Notes: generated by a model not told the origin, from the letters alone. Shown: positions 27,960 through 37,392, numbered from the stretch's first letter. The stretch is DNA of 52,301 bases from Actinomycetota bacterium (GCA_046051205.1 JBJOOQ010000001.1:1-52301), one strand, 5' to 3'. Program-made: numbers and translations.

Positions 27960-28641
27960 GAACCAACTTGAGTGCGTTGTCTATTTCGTGAGCATCAAAA
28001 TCTGGCCACGTTCGCTCGGTGAAGTACACCTTGGCTCCCTTGATCTGCCACAGCATGAAATTTGAGATTCGAGATTCACCAGATGTTCGAACTACAACGT
28101 CGACTGGCGGAAGGCTTGGCGCATACATATGGTTTGAGATCTCTGCAACCGAAACATCGTGTGCGGTGTGATGACTTGCTCGAGACAGTTGAGCAGCGCG
28201 TAGCAACTCTGCACGACTTCCGTAGTCAAATGCGACAGTCAGCACCATGCCAGTGTTGTGTGCAGTGTCTTCGATGGCCTGCAAAATTGCTTTCTGAATG
28301 AACCCAGGAGTCTTTGAACCCGGCTCGTCGAATGGTCTGCCGATCCATTGGATACGAACGTTGTTGGCATTGAGTTCCTCAATTCGCCCAAATAGCCGTT
28401 TATGCAAAGAGAGAATGTGTTTCACCTCTGCTGGGGGACGAACCCAGTTTTCGGTTGAAAATCCAAAAACTGTGAGCCAGCCGACATTTCGTGACGCACA
28501 GACACGCACCACTTCTGCGAGGTTTTCCTCGCCGGCTGTATGGCCTTCAGTGCGGGGAAGTCCTCGCCGTTTAGCCCAGCGACCATTGCCATCCATGATG
28601 CAGGCGATATGGATGGGAGTTTGTTGATTCGCCGTATCCAT
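27949..28641 (-). CDS. uppS: Isoprenyl transferase (cis-prenyltransferase, UppS family), catalytic copy lacking the C-terminal RxG motif
   Basis: Motifs IMDGNGRWAKRRG, GH, FSTENWVRP and VVRTSGESRISNFMLWQ. The ORF ends ...WPDFDAHEIDNALKLVHAR* and overlaps the dinG start by 11 nt. The ATG at 28641 has TAAGGT 7 nt upstream. Confidence 0.9.
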   Translation of the reverse strand: MDTANQQTPIHIACIMDGNGRWAKRRGLPRTEGHTAGEENLAEVVRVCASRNVGWLTVFGFSTENWVRPPAEVKHILSLHKRLFGRIEELNANNVRIQWIGRPFDEPGSKTPGFIQKAILQAIEDTAHNTGMVLTVAFDYGSRAELLRAAQLSRASHHTAHDVSVAEISNHMYAPSLPPVDVVVRTSGESRISNFMLWQIKGAKVYFTERTWPDFDAHEIDNALKLVHAR

Positions 28642-28657
28642 GCCGAACACCTTACTG

Positions 28658-29260
28658 ATGTGGGCAGTGATGGCGTGCGACAATAGTGATGTGGCTGACA
28701 GCTCATCATTACGACACGTACTTGTTGTCGGGGGATCGCTCGATCAGTGGAACGAAATGTCATCGTCGGATTGGTCGCAGTACATCGAAACATTGCGGGC
28801 TTCGGTTGAGCAGATTGGAGCCGATTGGCTCACGGTGTATCCATATTCTGGTATTTCAGATTCGCAGATGGATAGCGAACTCATCGAGAAAATCATGCAT
28901 TCCTGTGGTGCTCAACTTGTGGATGCGAAGTTGTTACTAGCCGGCACAACTTCGGTGGTGATCGATACCTGCGCAGACGGTCAGCAAAGGTTTGTACGAG
29001 CAGTCAACGGTTTATCTGAAGAAAAGATCACAGAAAAGAGTTTGGCGAACGCGATATTGCATCCCGCATCGTGTGAGCCAGATCTCGTAGTGATTTTTGG
29101 AGACCCCACACAGTTGCCGTCATCACTCGTATGGGAACTTGCGTACAGCGAGCTTGTGTATCTGAACACTCAGTGGCCCCATTGCAACATTGAAGACATC
29201 GAATTAGCGATTAATGACTTCCAGCGCAGAGATCGTCGTTTTGGTGGTGTGGACTCATGA
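28658..29260 (+). CDS. Degenerate UppS-fold protein, predicted catalytically inactive, retaining the C-terminal RxG motif
   Basis: It aligns by eye to UppS: LRHVLVVGGSLDQW, WLTVYPYSG, and PDLVVIFGDPTQLPSSLVWELAYSELVY...INDFQRRDRRFGG. The start is uncertain (ATG 28640, 28658 or 28670, or GTG 28688). ATGA overlap with recO. Confidence 0.75.
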   Translation: MWAVMACDNSDVADSSSLRHVLVVGGSLDQWNEMSSSDWSQYIETLRASVEQIGADWLTVYPYSGISDSQMDSELIEKIMHSCGAQLVDAKLLLAGTTSVVIDTCADGQQRFVRAVNGLSEEKITEKSLANAILHPASCEPDLVVIFGDPTQLPSSLVWELAYSELVYLNTQWPHCNIEDIELAINDFQRRDRRFGGVDS

Positions 29261-29976
29261 CGCTGTATCGCGATAAAGGCGTGGTGCTGAGAAGTTACAA
29301 ACTCGGAGAGTCGGATCGCATTGTCGTCCTGATGACCGAGCAGCACGGAAAAGTTCGCGCGGTGGCTAAGGGGATTCGCAAAACCAAATCGAAGATTGGC
29401 GCACGACTAGAACCGATGAGCCATGTCGAAGTTCAGCTGTACAAAGGCAGGGAACTAGACACTGTTTCGCAGGTAGAACTCATTGATTCGTCGGCACGAT
29501 TGCACAACAATCTCGACAAGCTCACCCAAGGCATGTCCATGCTTGAAGCAGTCGATCAAATCGCGGAAGACAGAGAGCCTTCCCCTCACCTGTATCGCAT
29601 GTTGCATGGGGCGCTGAATGCCTTAATGGAGCAAGAGTCGCCGGTGATGCTTGCAGCCTTTTATTGGAAGTTGCTCGCTGCAGAGGGAGTCAGCCCACAG
29701 GTTCAAGCATGCGTGGGATGTGCTTCCAAGGACGGACTGGTTGCCTTCGACATATTCCATGGTGGTGTGCAGTGTCGAACGTGCCGAACTGGCATCAGTA
29801 TTTCACCACCAGCCATTGACCTGTTGCAGCAAGTTCTGGGAGGGCAACTGAATGTTGCGCTTGCACAGCCAGAATCACCTGCAAGTTTTGAAATTAATCA
29901 GTTAGCGACACAGGCAATGGAGCATCACATTGAACGGCGACTGAGGTCAGTTGCAATGTTCAGTCCCCGTCACTAG
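29257..29976 (+). CDS. recO: DNA repair protein RecO
   Basis: N-terminal OB-fold sequence MTLYRDKGVVLRSYKLGESDRIV and a C-terminal CxxC...CxxC zinc motif (CVGC...CRTC). Confidence 0.9.
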   Translation: MTLYRDKGVVLRSYKLGESDRIVVLMTEQHGKVRAVAKGIRKTKSKIGARLEPMSHVEVQLYKGRELDTVSQVELIDSSARLHNNLDKLTQGMSMLEAVDQIAEDREPSPHLYRMLHGALNALMEQESPVMLAAFYWKLLAAEGVSPQVQACVGCASKDGLVAFDIFHGGVQCRTCRTGISISPPAIDLLQQVLGGQLNVALAQPESPASFEINQLATQAMEHHIERRLRSVAMFSPRH

Positions 29977-29996
29977 TCGGGTTGTAGTCTGTAGCC

Positions 29997-31304
29997 ATGC
30001 CCGCAAGCGATTTAGAGCAAGTTGTCAACCTCTGCAAACGCCGCGGTTTTGTCTTTCCAAGCGCCGAGATCTATGGAGGGTTCCGTTCCTCCTATGACTA
30101 CGGCCCACTTGGTTCGCTCATGTTGCGCAATGTGAAAGATGCATGGGTGCGCAGCATGGTGCAACAACGTGACGATGTTGTATTGATCGACGCAGCCATT
30201 CTTGGGCCACCTCAAGTGTTTGAGGCAAGTGGTCACTTGTCTAATTTCAGCGACCCACTGGTTGATTGCACGGTCTGTAATCGTCGTTTCCGCGAAGACC
30301 AATTAGAAGCACGCGATTGCCCTCAGAAAATGAAGGGTTGTACCTTCACTGAAGCTCGTGCGTTTAACCTCATGTTTCAGACTCATGCTGGTCCAGTTGA
30401 AGGTGAAGGCGCAACGGTGTACATGCGCCCCGAAACTGCTCAAGGTATGTTCGTCAACTTCGCGAATGTTTTGCAAACCTCGCGCAAGAAGCCGCCTTTT
30501 GGAATTGCTCAAGTTGGAAAATCGTTCCGTAATGAAATTACGCCTGGAAATTTCATCTTCCGTACTCGCGAGTTTGAGCAGATGGAAATGGAGTTTTTTG
30601 TTCCTCCTGCTGAAAGCGCAAAGTGGTACGACTACTGGTGTGAGACACGCATGCAGTGGTACATCGATTTAGGCATTCCAGCAGAGATGTTGCGTCTACG
30701 CGCACATGAAGCAGATGAACTCTCGCATTACTCAAGTGGAACAAGCGACATTGAGTTTAGGTTTCCTTGGGGTTGGGGAGAGCTTGAGGGAATCGCACAG
30801 CGCACCGACTTCGATCTCAACCGTCATGCTGAATTCTCAAAACAAAAGCTCGATTACTTTGATCAAGCGACAAATGAGCGTTATGTTCCATACGTAGTGG
30901 AACCTGCCGCTGGTGCTAATCGCACAATGGCGGCGTTCTTGCTTGCTGCTTACGACGAAGATGTAATCAATGACGAACCGCGTACAGTGCTGCGTTTACA
31001 CCCTCGCTTGGCTCCGTACCAAGTCGCCATCTTGCCGCTGTCAAAGAAGGATTCACTCACACCTCTTGCGGATCAGATTTTCTCGACACTCAGCAAGCGG
31101 TATTACTGCGATTACGACGAAACCCAAGCGATCGGCCGTCGCTATCGACGTCAGGACGAAATTGGAACGCCGTACTGCATCACTGTTGACTTCGATTCAC
31201 TTGAGGACGGTCAGGTAACCATTCGCGAACGCGACACCACTCAGCAAGAGCGAGTGTCAATTGATCGTCTCGAGCAAGTTCTTAGTGAAAAATTAGGGTT
31301 CTAA
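29997..31304 (+). CDS. glyQS: Glycine-tRNA ligase (homodimeric class II type)
   Basis: LCKRRGFVFPSAEIYGG, RPETAQG, and FRNEITPGNFIFRTREFEQMEMEFF. Confidence 0.93.
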   Translation: MPASDLEQVVNLCKRRGFVFPSAEIYGGFRSSYDYGPLGSLMLRNVKDAWVRSMVQQRDDVVLIDAAILGPPQVFEASGHLSNFSDPLVDCTVCNRRFREDQLEARDCPQKMKGCTFTEARAFNLMFQTHAGPVEGEGATVYMRPETAQGMFVNFANVLQTSRKKPPFGIAQVGKSFRNEITPGNFIFRTREFEQMEMEFFVPPAESAKWYDYWCETRMQWYIDLGIPAEMLRLRAHEADELSHYSSGTSDIEFRFPWGWGELEGIAQRTDFDLNRHAEFSKQKLDYFDQATNERYVPYVVEPAAGANRTMAAFLLAAYDEDVINDEPRTVLRLHPRLAPYQVAILPLSKKDSLTPLADQIFSTLSKRYYCDYDETQAIGRRYRRQDEIGTPYCITVDFDSLEDGQVTIRERDTTQQERVSIDRLEQVLSEKLGF

Positions 31305-31315
31305 CAGGAGGAATC

Positions 31316-31621
31316 ATGAGCAAAGTAGCAGTGGCAGTCAAACTACGAATCAAAGCTGGTCAGCGTGATGCATTCACGGAAGCAGTCAAGCCAGGTCTGG
31401 CAACTGCTCAGAGCGAGCCTGGAACTCAGACGTACATTTTCCACCACGACGCGGTTGATGCTGATGTCGTGTGGTTCTACGAGTTGTACGCAAACCAAGA
31501 TGCGATGAATGCCCATATGGGTAGCGACGCTTTCAAGGCCTTCTCAGAATCACTCGCTGAATTCGTCGATGGAGCTCCTGAATTCAGTTTTCTCACGCCG
31601 ATTGGCGGCAAGGGTCTTTAA
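31316..31621 (+). CDS. Antibiotic biosynthesis monooxygenase (ABM) family protein
   Basis: 101 aa ferredoxin-like ABM pattern (YIFHHD...WFYELYANQDAMNAHMGSDAF). An AGGAGG SD precedes the ATG. Confidence 0.8.
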   Translation: MSKVAVAVKLRIKAGQRDAFTEAVKPGLATAQSEPGTQTYIFHHDAVDADVVWFYELYANQDAMNAHMGSDAFKAFSESLAEFVDGAPEFSFLTPIGGKGL

Positions 31622-31624
31622 GCC

Positions 31625-32401
31625 TTGTATCTAGACAAGATCGTCCAGAGCCACCGCGACGTCGCCTCGCGTGATCAGCGGAATTTGGATGATCTTGTTG
31701 GTCAGGCCTGTGCACTTTCCTCGACCAGAGGTTTCGCTGAACAACTTGTTCAGGGTTCTCGAGAAAATCTGTGTGTCATCGCTGAGATTAAGCGAAAGTC
31801 ACCATCCAAGGGTGTACTTCACGCAAACCTGGACGCTGCGCATATTGCATCGTTGTACGAACAAGGTGGAGCATCGTGTCTGTCGGTATTAACCGATGAG
31901 CATTTCTTCGGCGGTTCGGTAGAAGATCTTCAAATTGCTCGTGCAAGTACGTCGCTTCCCGTCATTCGTAAAGACTTCACGGTTTCAGAATTTGATGTGG
32001 TTGATGCTCGTCTTATGGGCGCCGATTGCGTGTTGCTGATTGCTGCAGCTCTATCCGATGACGAGCTTTCGCGCTTTCACGATCTTGCGGTTCATATTGA
32101 TTTGGAAGTGCTTGTTGAAACACATGATGAGCACGAGCTTGAACGTGCTCTCAACGTTGGTGCAAACATTGTTGGAGTAAATCAACGCGATCTCATCACA
32201 TTTGAAGTTGACCATGCACGTGCAGAACGAATGGCGTCACTCATTCCTCCAACGGTTGTTCGAGTTGCAGAGTCGGGTGTGAGGAACGCTGATGATGCTC
32301 GTCGATTACGTGATGCCGGATACGACGCGGTGTTGGTGGGCGAGTCAATTGTTACCTCGAGTGACCCGGTTGCAGCAGTTCGTGATTTGAAGGTTGCATA
32401 A
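31625..32401 (+). CDS. trpC: Indole-3-glycerol phosphate synthase
   Basis: IAEIKRKSPSKG, LSVLTD..FFGG, IRKDF, and VGVNQRDL. Apparent TTG start. Confidence 0.9.
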   Translation: MYLDKIVQSHRDVASRDQRNLDDLVGQACALSSTRGFAEQLVQGSRENLCVIAEIKRKSPSKGVLHANLDAAHIASLYEQGGASCLSVLTDEHFFGGSVEDLQIARASTSLPVIRKDFTVSEFDVVDARLMGADCVLLIAAALSDDELSRFHDLAVHIDLEVLVETHDEHELERALNVGANIVGVNQRDLITFEVDHARAERMASLIPPTVVRVAESGVRNADDARRLRDAGYDAVLVGESIVTSSDPVAAVRDLKVA

Positions 32402-32403
32402 CC

Positions 32404-33012
32404 GTGTTTGTGAAGATTTGTGGCATTACAAATGAGCAAGATGCTTTACTCGCTGTTGCTCTGGGAGCTGATGCTTTGGGATTCGTGTTTGCCCCAAGCC
32501 CGCGACAGATTTCTCCCGCACTTGCTCGCGAAATCGTCAAACGTCTTCCGCCCGAAACGGTAACGGTCGGAGTGTTCCGTAACGAAACGCCTTCCCGCAT
32601 AATTGAGATTGTGAATGAAGCGCGCCTGCAAGGTGCGCAATTACACGGCCACGAAACTCCAGCTATGACTGCAGAGGTAGCTACTGATGTTCGGTTCGTC
32701 ATTAAGGCAGTTGTAGCGGGTTCTCAAGATGCAGCAAATGCGAGCACCTTCGCGTCTGATGCAATTTTGGTTGACGGATTGCACCCAGGGTCTGGCACTG
32801 CTTACGACTGGGAGTTGTTGCAGGACATCCCCACAGACATTCGTCTGATGCTTTCTGGTGGTTTGACCCCGGAGAATGTTGCAGCCGGAATAGCGCAAGT
32901 TCGACCATGGGGAGTGGACGTCAGCAGTGGCGTTGAGAAAGCTCCTGGTCTAAAGGACGCGGTAAAGATGCGTCACTTCATTACAAATGCTCGAGATGCA
33001 GTGCTCGGCTAG
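32404..33012 (+). CDS. trpF: Phosphoribosylanthranilate isomerase (stand-alone)
   Basis: VKICGIT...GADALGFVF...QLHG...GGL...[14 protein letters not shown] start 2 nt after the trpC stop. Confidence 0.9.
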   Translation: MFVKICGITNEQDALLAVALGADALGFVFAPSPRQISPALAREIVKRLPPETVTVGVFRNETPSRIIEIVNEARLQGAQLHGHETPAMTAEVATDVRFVIKAVVAGSQDAANASTFASDAILVDGLHPGSGTAYDWELLQDIPTDIRLMLSGGLTPENVAAGIAQVRPWGVDVSSGVEKAPGLKDAVKMRHFITNARDAVLG

Positions 33013-33046
33013 GCCGACTGTCCAACATCGCAAGTACATTAGAAGC

Positions 33047-34198
33047 ATGTTGACAACGCCTGGTGCTGATGGTCGTTTTGGCGAATTCGGTGGGCGCTTT
33101 GTGCCTGAAACCCTCGTCCCTGCCTGCCAAGAACTTGAAGCTGCGTTTCATGAAGCATGGAATGACACGGTGTTTCGTACCGAGCTCAACGACCTCTTGC
33201 GTGATTACGCAGGTCGGCCGTCGATTCTGACGGAGTGCCACAACCTTGGTCGCAAGCTTGGAATTCGTTTGATCTTGAAACGTGAAGACCTGAATCACAC
33301 TGGTTCGCACAAGATCAACAGTGTGCTTGGTCAGGCGCTTTTGGCGAAGCGGATGGGCAAGAAGCGCATTGTTGCCGAGACAGGTGCAGGACAGCACGGT
33401 GTTGCGTCTGCGACGGCGGCAGCCCTGCTTGGCCTTGGTTGCAAGGTGTACATGGGTGAAGTAGACGTTGAGCGTCAGGCCTTGAACGTCTTCAGAATGC
33501 GTTTGCTTGGTGCAGAAGTTATTCCAGCTAAGTCGGGTAGCCGCACATTGAAAGATGCAGTGAACGAAGCGATGCGCGACTGGGTGGCAACTGTTGAACA
33601 CACCTATTACGCAATTGGTTCAGTGATGGGTCCGCATCCGTATCCGTTTATGGTTCGCCAGTTTCAAAGTGTCATCGGTACGGAGGCAAGAGCACAGTGT
33701 CGCGAATTGCTTGGAACCGATCCTGATTTCGTAACGGCTTGCGTCGGCGGTGGTTCGAATGCAATTGGAATCTTTTCAGGTTTCGTAGATACTCATGCGC
33801 GTTTAATCGGTGTCGAACCTGCAGGTGGAGCAGCTGTCGGACGCGGAGTGCCAGGCGTTGTGCACGGTATGCGCAGCTATCTGATGCAAGATGAGTACGG
33901 CCAGGTGCAAGAAGCACAATCAATTAGTGCGGGACTCGATTACCCAGGTGTTGGACCAGAGCACTCGTACCTCGCATCTATTGGTCGCGCAGAGTATCCA
34001 AGCGTGACCGATGCTGAAGTGATCGAAGGATTCCAACTACTTGCGAAAACAGAAGGAATCATTCCGGCACTTGAATGTGCGCACGTTGTTGCATGGATTG
34101 CACGTGAAGCACCAAACATGCAAGGCAAAACAGTGTTGATGAATTTGTCTGGCAGAGGAGACAAAGACGTTGCTCAAATGATGGACGTATTGGGCTAA
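33047..34198 (+). CDS. trpB: Tryptophan synthase beta chain
   Basis: [38 protein letters not shown], and GGGSNAIG. Confidence 0.95.
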   Translation: MLTTPGADGRFGEFGGRFVPETLVPACQELEAAFHEAWNDTVFRTELNDLLRDYAGRPSILTECHNLGRKLGIRLILKREDLNHTGSHKINSVLGQALLAKRMGKKRIVAETGAGQHGVASATAAALLGLGCKVYMGEVDVERQALNVFRMRLLGAEVIPAKSGSRTLKDAVNEAMRDWVATVEHTYYAIGSVMGPHPYPFMVRQFQSVIGTEARAQCRELLGTDPDFVTACVGGGSNAIGIFSGFVDTHARLIGVEPAGGAAVGRGVPGVVHGMRSYLMQDEYGQVQEAQSISAGLDYPGVGPEHSYLASIGRAEYPSVTDAEVIEGFQLLAKTEGIIPALECAHVVAWIAREAPNMQGKTVLMNLSGRGDKDVAQMMDVLG

Positions 34199-34201
34199 CT
34201 C

Positions 34202-34999
34202 ATGGCTGTTCTGCATACGGGGAAATTGGAAAGCCATCTTCGTGCGCGGCGTGATGCAGGTCGAAAGCTGCTCGTTCCATACATCACAGGTGGATATTTA
34301 GGTTGGACAGATGCGGTTAGAGCTGCCGCTGCCAACGGCGCAGATGCGATTGAGATCGGTATTCCATTTTCAGATCCTGTGATGGATGGTCCGATGATCC
34401 AGCTTGCATCCGAGCAGGCACTTGAGCGTGGCGCAACTCCTTTGTCAATCCTTCTAGAGTTGCGAAACATCGACATCGATGTGCCTCTGGCAGTGATGTG
34501 TTACTACAACACCGTGCATTCGGCTGGCAACGAGCGTTTTTCCCATTCATTGGCCGAGGCTGGCGTATGTGCAGCCATCGTGCCAGATCTCCCACTTGAA
34601 GAAGCAACTGATTGGTGCTTTGCAGCTGATGATGCGGGAATCGAAACGGTCATGCTTGCTGCCCCAACTGCTCCAGAAGAACGCCTGCCAAGAATTTTGC
34701 AAAGGTGCAACGGATTTGTTTATGCAGTCGGATTGCTTGGTGTAACAGGAGAGCGTGATGAATTGGCTAGCACCGCTACCAAACTGGCTGCTCGCCTAAA
34801 AGCATTGACAGACGTTCCAGTACTCATTGGTGTCGGTGTTTCGAATGCGGCTCAAGCAGTTGAAGCATCAACTGTGGCAGATGGAGTCGTCATGGGAGCA
34901 TCAGTAATGCGTCGTCTGATCGAACACGATGCCGACGCAGTAGGCGAATACGTTGGGGAAGTTCGCAAGGCGCTCGATGCTGCAGCCGGTTTGAAGTAA
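34202..34999 (+). CDS. trpA: Tryptophan synthase alpha chain
   Basis: IEIGIPFSDPVMDGP, and GVGVS near the C-terminus. It follows trpB. Confidence 0.93.
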   Translation: MAVLHTGKLESHLRARRDAGRKLLVPYITGGYLGWTDAVRAAAANGADAIEIGIPFSDPVMDGPMIQLASEQALERGATPLSILLELRNIDIDVPLAVMCYYNTVHSAGNERFSHSLAEAGVCAAIVPDLPLEEATDWCFAADDAGIETVMLAAPTAPEERLPRILQRCNGFVYAVGLLGVTGERDELASTATKLAARLKALTDVPVLIGVGVSNAAQAVEASTVADGVVMGASVMRRLIEHDADAVGEYVGEVRKALDAAAGLK

Positions 35000-35008
35000 G
35001 TTCTTTCC

Positions 35009-35461
35009 ATGTTGAAAGAAGGATCTGTAGCTCCGGCTATTGAATTGCTTGATCAGAACGGCAAGAAGCTTTCGTTGAACAAGTATGCAAAGCGAAAAGT
35101 TCTTGTCTACTTCTATCCCAAGGCCGACACGCCTGGTTGCACGCAACAGTCCTGCGGGCTACGTGACATTGCCGATCAGATCGGTCGGACGGCAATTATA
35201 GGAATCAGTCCAGATTTGCCAGCAAAGCAATTGAAGTTCGACGAGAAGTATGAACTGGGTTTTCCATTGTTGTCGGATGCGGACAACAAAGTGGCTAAGG
35301 CATACAAAGTGTGGAAGAAGAAATCTATGTATGGTCGCGAATACATGGGTATTGAGCGTTCAGCGTTTCTCATTGGCGCAGATGGCACCATTGTGAAGGC
35401 GTGGTACAAGATCTCACCAAAGGACACGCCAGCAAAACTGTTAGAAGCTTTGGGTAAGTAA
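35009..35461 (+). CDS. bcp: Thioredoxin-dependent thiol peroxidase (Bcp/PrxQ)
   Basis: FYPKADTPGCTQQSC peroxidatic Cys motif. Confidence 0.92.
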   Translation: MLKEGSVAPAIELLDQNGKKLSLNKYAKRKVLVYFYPKADTPGCTQQSCGLRDIADQIGRTAIIGISPDLPAKQLKFDEKYELGFPLLSDADNKVAKAYKVWKKKSMYGREYMGIERSAFLIGADGTIVKAWYKISPKDTPAKLLEALGK

Positions 35462-35886
35462 TGACATTTCCGAAGCCGAGTGATCTCATTGCTCATCGCG
35501 ACCCGTTCATCTTTGTTGATGAAATCACCGAGTTGACACCTGGCATTTCGGCGTCAACTATTTGGAAATTAACGGGAGATGAGTGGTTCTTTGCGGGGCA
35601 TTTCCCAGGTCGTCCAACATTGCCAGGAGTGTTGATGTGTGAGGCCATTGCACAAACCGGAGCTCTTGCAATCGTGAGTGATCCCAAGTTTGCGGGCAAG
35701 TTGCCGCTATTCGGAGGTCTCGATGGAGCCCGCTTTAGACGGCAAGTACTTCCAGGAGACACGCTTGAGATTTCTGCGAACATTGGTCGCATGTCTGCAC
35801 GTGCTGGTAAAGGCACCGGAATTGCAAAAGTGAACGGCGAAATTGCCTGTGAGTGTGAATTGCTGTTCGTCGTAGTCGACGCGTGA
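35461..35886 (+). CDS. fabZ: 3-hydroxyacyl-ACP dehydratase
   Basis: HRDPFIFVDE, FFAGHFPGRPTLPGVL, and EAIAQTGA. TAATG overlap with bcp. Confidence 0.9.
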   Translation: MTFPKPSDLIAHRDPFIFVDEITELTPGISASTIWKLTGDEWFFAGHFPGRPTLPGVLMCEAIAQTGALAIVSDPKFAGKLPLFGGLDGARFRRQVLPGDTLEISANIGRMSARAGKGTGIAKVNGEIACECELLFVVVDA

Positions 35887-35887
35887 G

Positions 35888-37072
35888 TTATTTGTAAGGC
35901 GAAATAATCACGGAGCCGTTATGGCCACCGAAACCAAAGTTGTTCGAGATGGTTGGTCCTGGTTCCCAAGGTCGGGCAGAGCCAATGACCACGTCAATGT
36001 TCATGTCTTCGCTAATTTGCTGAGTTCCTGCTGTCGGCGGGATCAACTTCTTTTCCATACTGAGAAGTACTGCCGCAGCCTCGAGTGCACCGGCCGCACC
36101 TAAAGGGTGACCCGTAACGCCCTTAATTGACACAACAGGAACGGTGTTTTTGCCAAACACGGTTTCGATCGCTTGTGATTCGGCTGCATCATTCAATGGA
36201 GTGCTCGTACCGTGAGCGTTGATCTGTTTGATGTCGCTTGGTTGCAAACCTGCGTCTTCAAGCGCCAATTGCATGCAACGTGAAGCGCCTACGCCACCTG
36301 GAGACGGTGCGGTGATGTGGTGAGCGTCGGCATTGCTTGCTGCGCCAACTATTTCGGCGATGATGGTTGCGCCACGTGCAATTGCAAGATCCATGCGTTC
36401 AAGCACAAACACTGCAGCACCTTCGCCCATGATGAAACCGTCGCGCGTGGCGTCAAACGGTTTGCTCACCAAGGTGCTGGATAGTGCGGTCATATTGCTA
36501 AACCCTGCGAGTGCAGTGATAGTTGCAGCGCTTTCAGCTCCACCAGTAACAACTGCATCGCATCTGCCCCAAGCAACAAGGCGTGCTGCATTGCCAATGG
36601 CATGAGTAGCTGCTGCACATGCTGTGCAAATGGTTTCAGTAGGGCCTTGAAACCCGTAGCGCATTGAAATTGCAGCACCAGAAGCGTTTGACATCATCAT
36701 GGGAACAAGAAATGGCGAAACACGACGTTCACCTTTTTCGACCCGAATGATGACATTCTCCTCAAGCGTGCGCAGGCCGCCAATGCCCGTTCCGAAGATG
36801 GTGCCGATGCGGGAGCGGTCATAAGGCAATTCGCCTGACTGCGCGATTGCTTCACCAGCAGCCGCAAGAGCGAATTGTTCGCAACGGTCAGAACGACGCG
36901 CATCTTTTGGATTGTCGAAATAGGGAAGCGGATCCCAGTTTTCAATCTCAATGGACTTCGAACCAGAGAAACCTGGCCCAAGGAGTCCTGTCCAAAAAGC
37001 CTCCTTACCGATACCGCACGGAGCAACCACTCCGTAACCAGTTATGGCAACGCGGTGACCAGCTCCTTGCAT
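35888..37072 (-). CDS. fabF: Beta-ketoacyl-ACP synthase II
   Basis: Active-site TACAAATHAIG, the HGTSTP and GHPLGAAG motifs, and C-terminal NNFGFGGHN. Confidence 0.93.
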   Translation of the reverse strand: MQGAGHRVAITGYGVVAPCGIGKEAFWTGLLGPGFSGSKSIEIENWDPLPYFDNPKDARRSDRCEQFALAAAGEAIAQSGELPYDRSRIGTIFGTGIGGLRTLEENVIIRVEKGERRVSPFLVPMMMSNASGAAISMRYGFQGPTETICTACAAATHAIGNAARLVAWGRCDAVVTGGAESAATITALAGFSNMTALSSTLVSKPFDATRDGFIMGEGAAVFVLERMDLAIARGATIIAEIVGAASNADAHHITAPSPGGVGASRCMQLALEDAGLQPSDIKQINAHGTSTPLNDAAESQAIETVFGKNTVPVVSIKGVTGHPLGAAGALEAAAVLLSMEKKLIPPTAGTQQISEDMNIDVVIGSARPWEPGPTISNNFGFGGHNGSVIISPYK

Positions 37073-37093
37073 AGGTAGCGAGACTTAAGGGGC

Positions 37094-37333
37094 TTACTTG
37101 ACTTTTGACGTGACGAGCGCGAAGGCTTTGCCGACAGTGTCGACACCTTCAAGGTCAGACTCAGGTACTTCAATACCGAATTCTTCTTCAAGTGCCATAA
37201 CGAGTTCAACCAAGTCGAGGCTGTCTGCATCAAGGTCGTCACCAAAGCTTGCTTCTGGGGTGATCTTCGAAGCATCTACTGACAACACATCTACTGCACA
37301 CTTGGTGAAGCGTTCAAACAATTCCTGGCTCAT
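37094..37333 (-). CDS. acpP: Acyl carrier protein
   Basis: 79 aa with the phosphopantetheine site LDADSLDLVELV. An AAGGAG SD precedes the ATG. Confidence 0.95.
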   Translation of the reverse strand: MSQELFERFTKCAVDVLSVDASKITPEASFGDDLDADSLDLVELVMALEEEFGIEVPESDLEGVDTVGKAFALVTSKVK

Positions 37334-37392
37334 GATTTTCTCCTTGGTTTTCGTTGCGCACTTACAGTACTACGCGGCAAAAGAAAAAGGGA

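Noticed and set aside
32981-33601. Long antisense ORFs inside conserved genes: 32981-33601(-) in trpB, 41620-42270(-) in polA, 19249-19863(-) in the ACAD gene, 46458-47021(-), 51493-52089(-), and 25025-25609(-)
   Set aside because: Each lies opposite a strongly conserved coding frame. The translations are low-complexity and Arg/Cys/His-rich, with no motifs or RBS. These are typical shadow ORFs.
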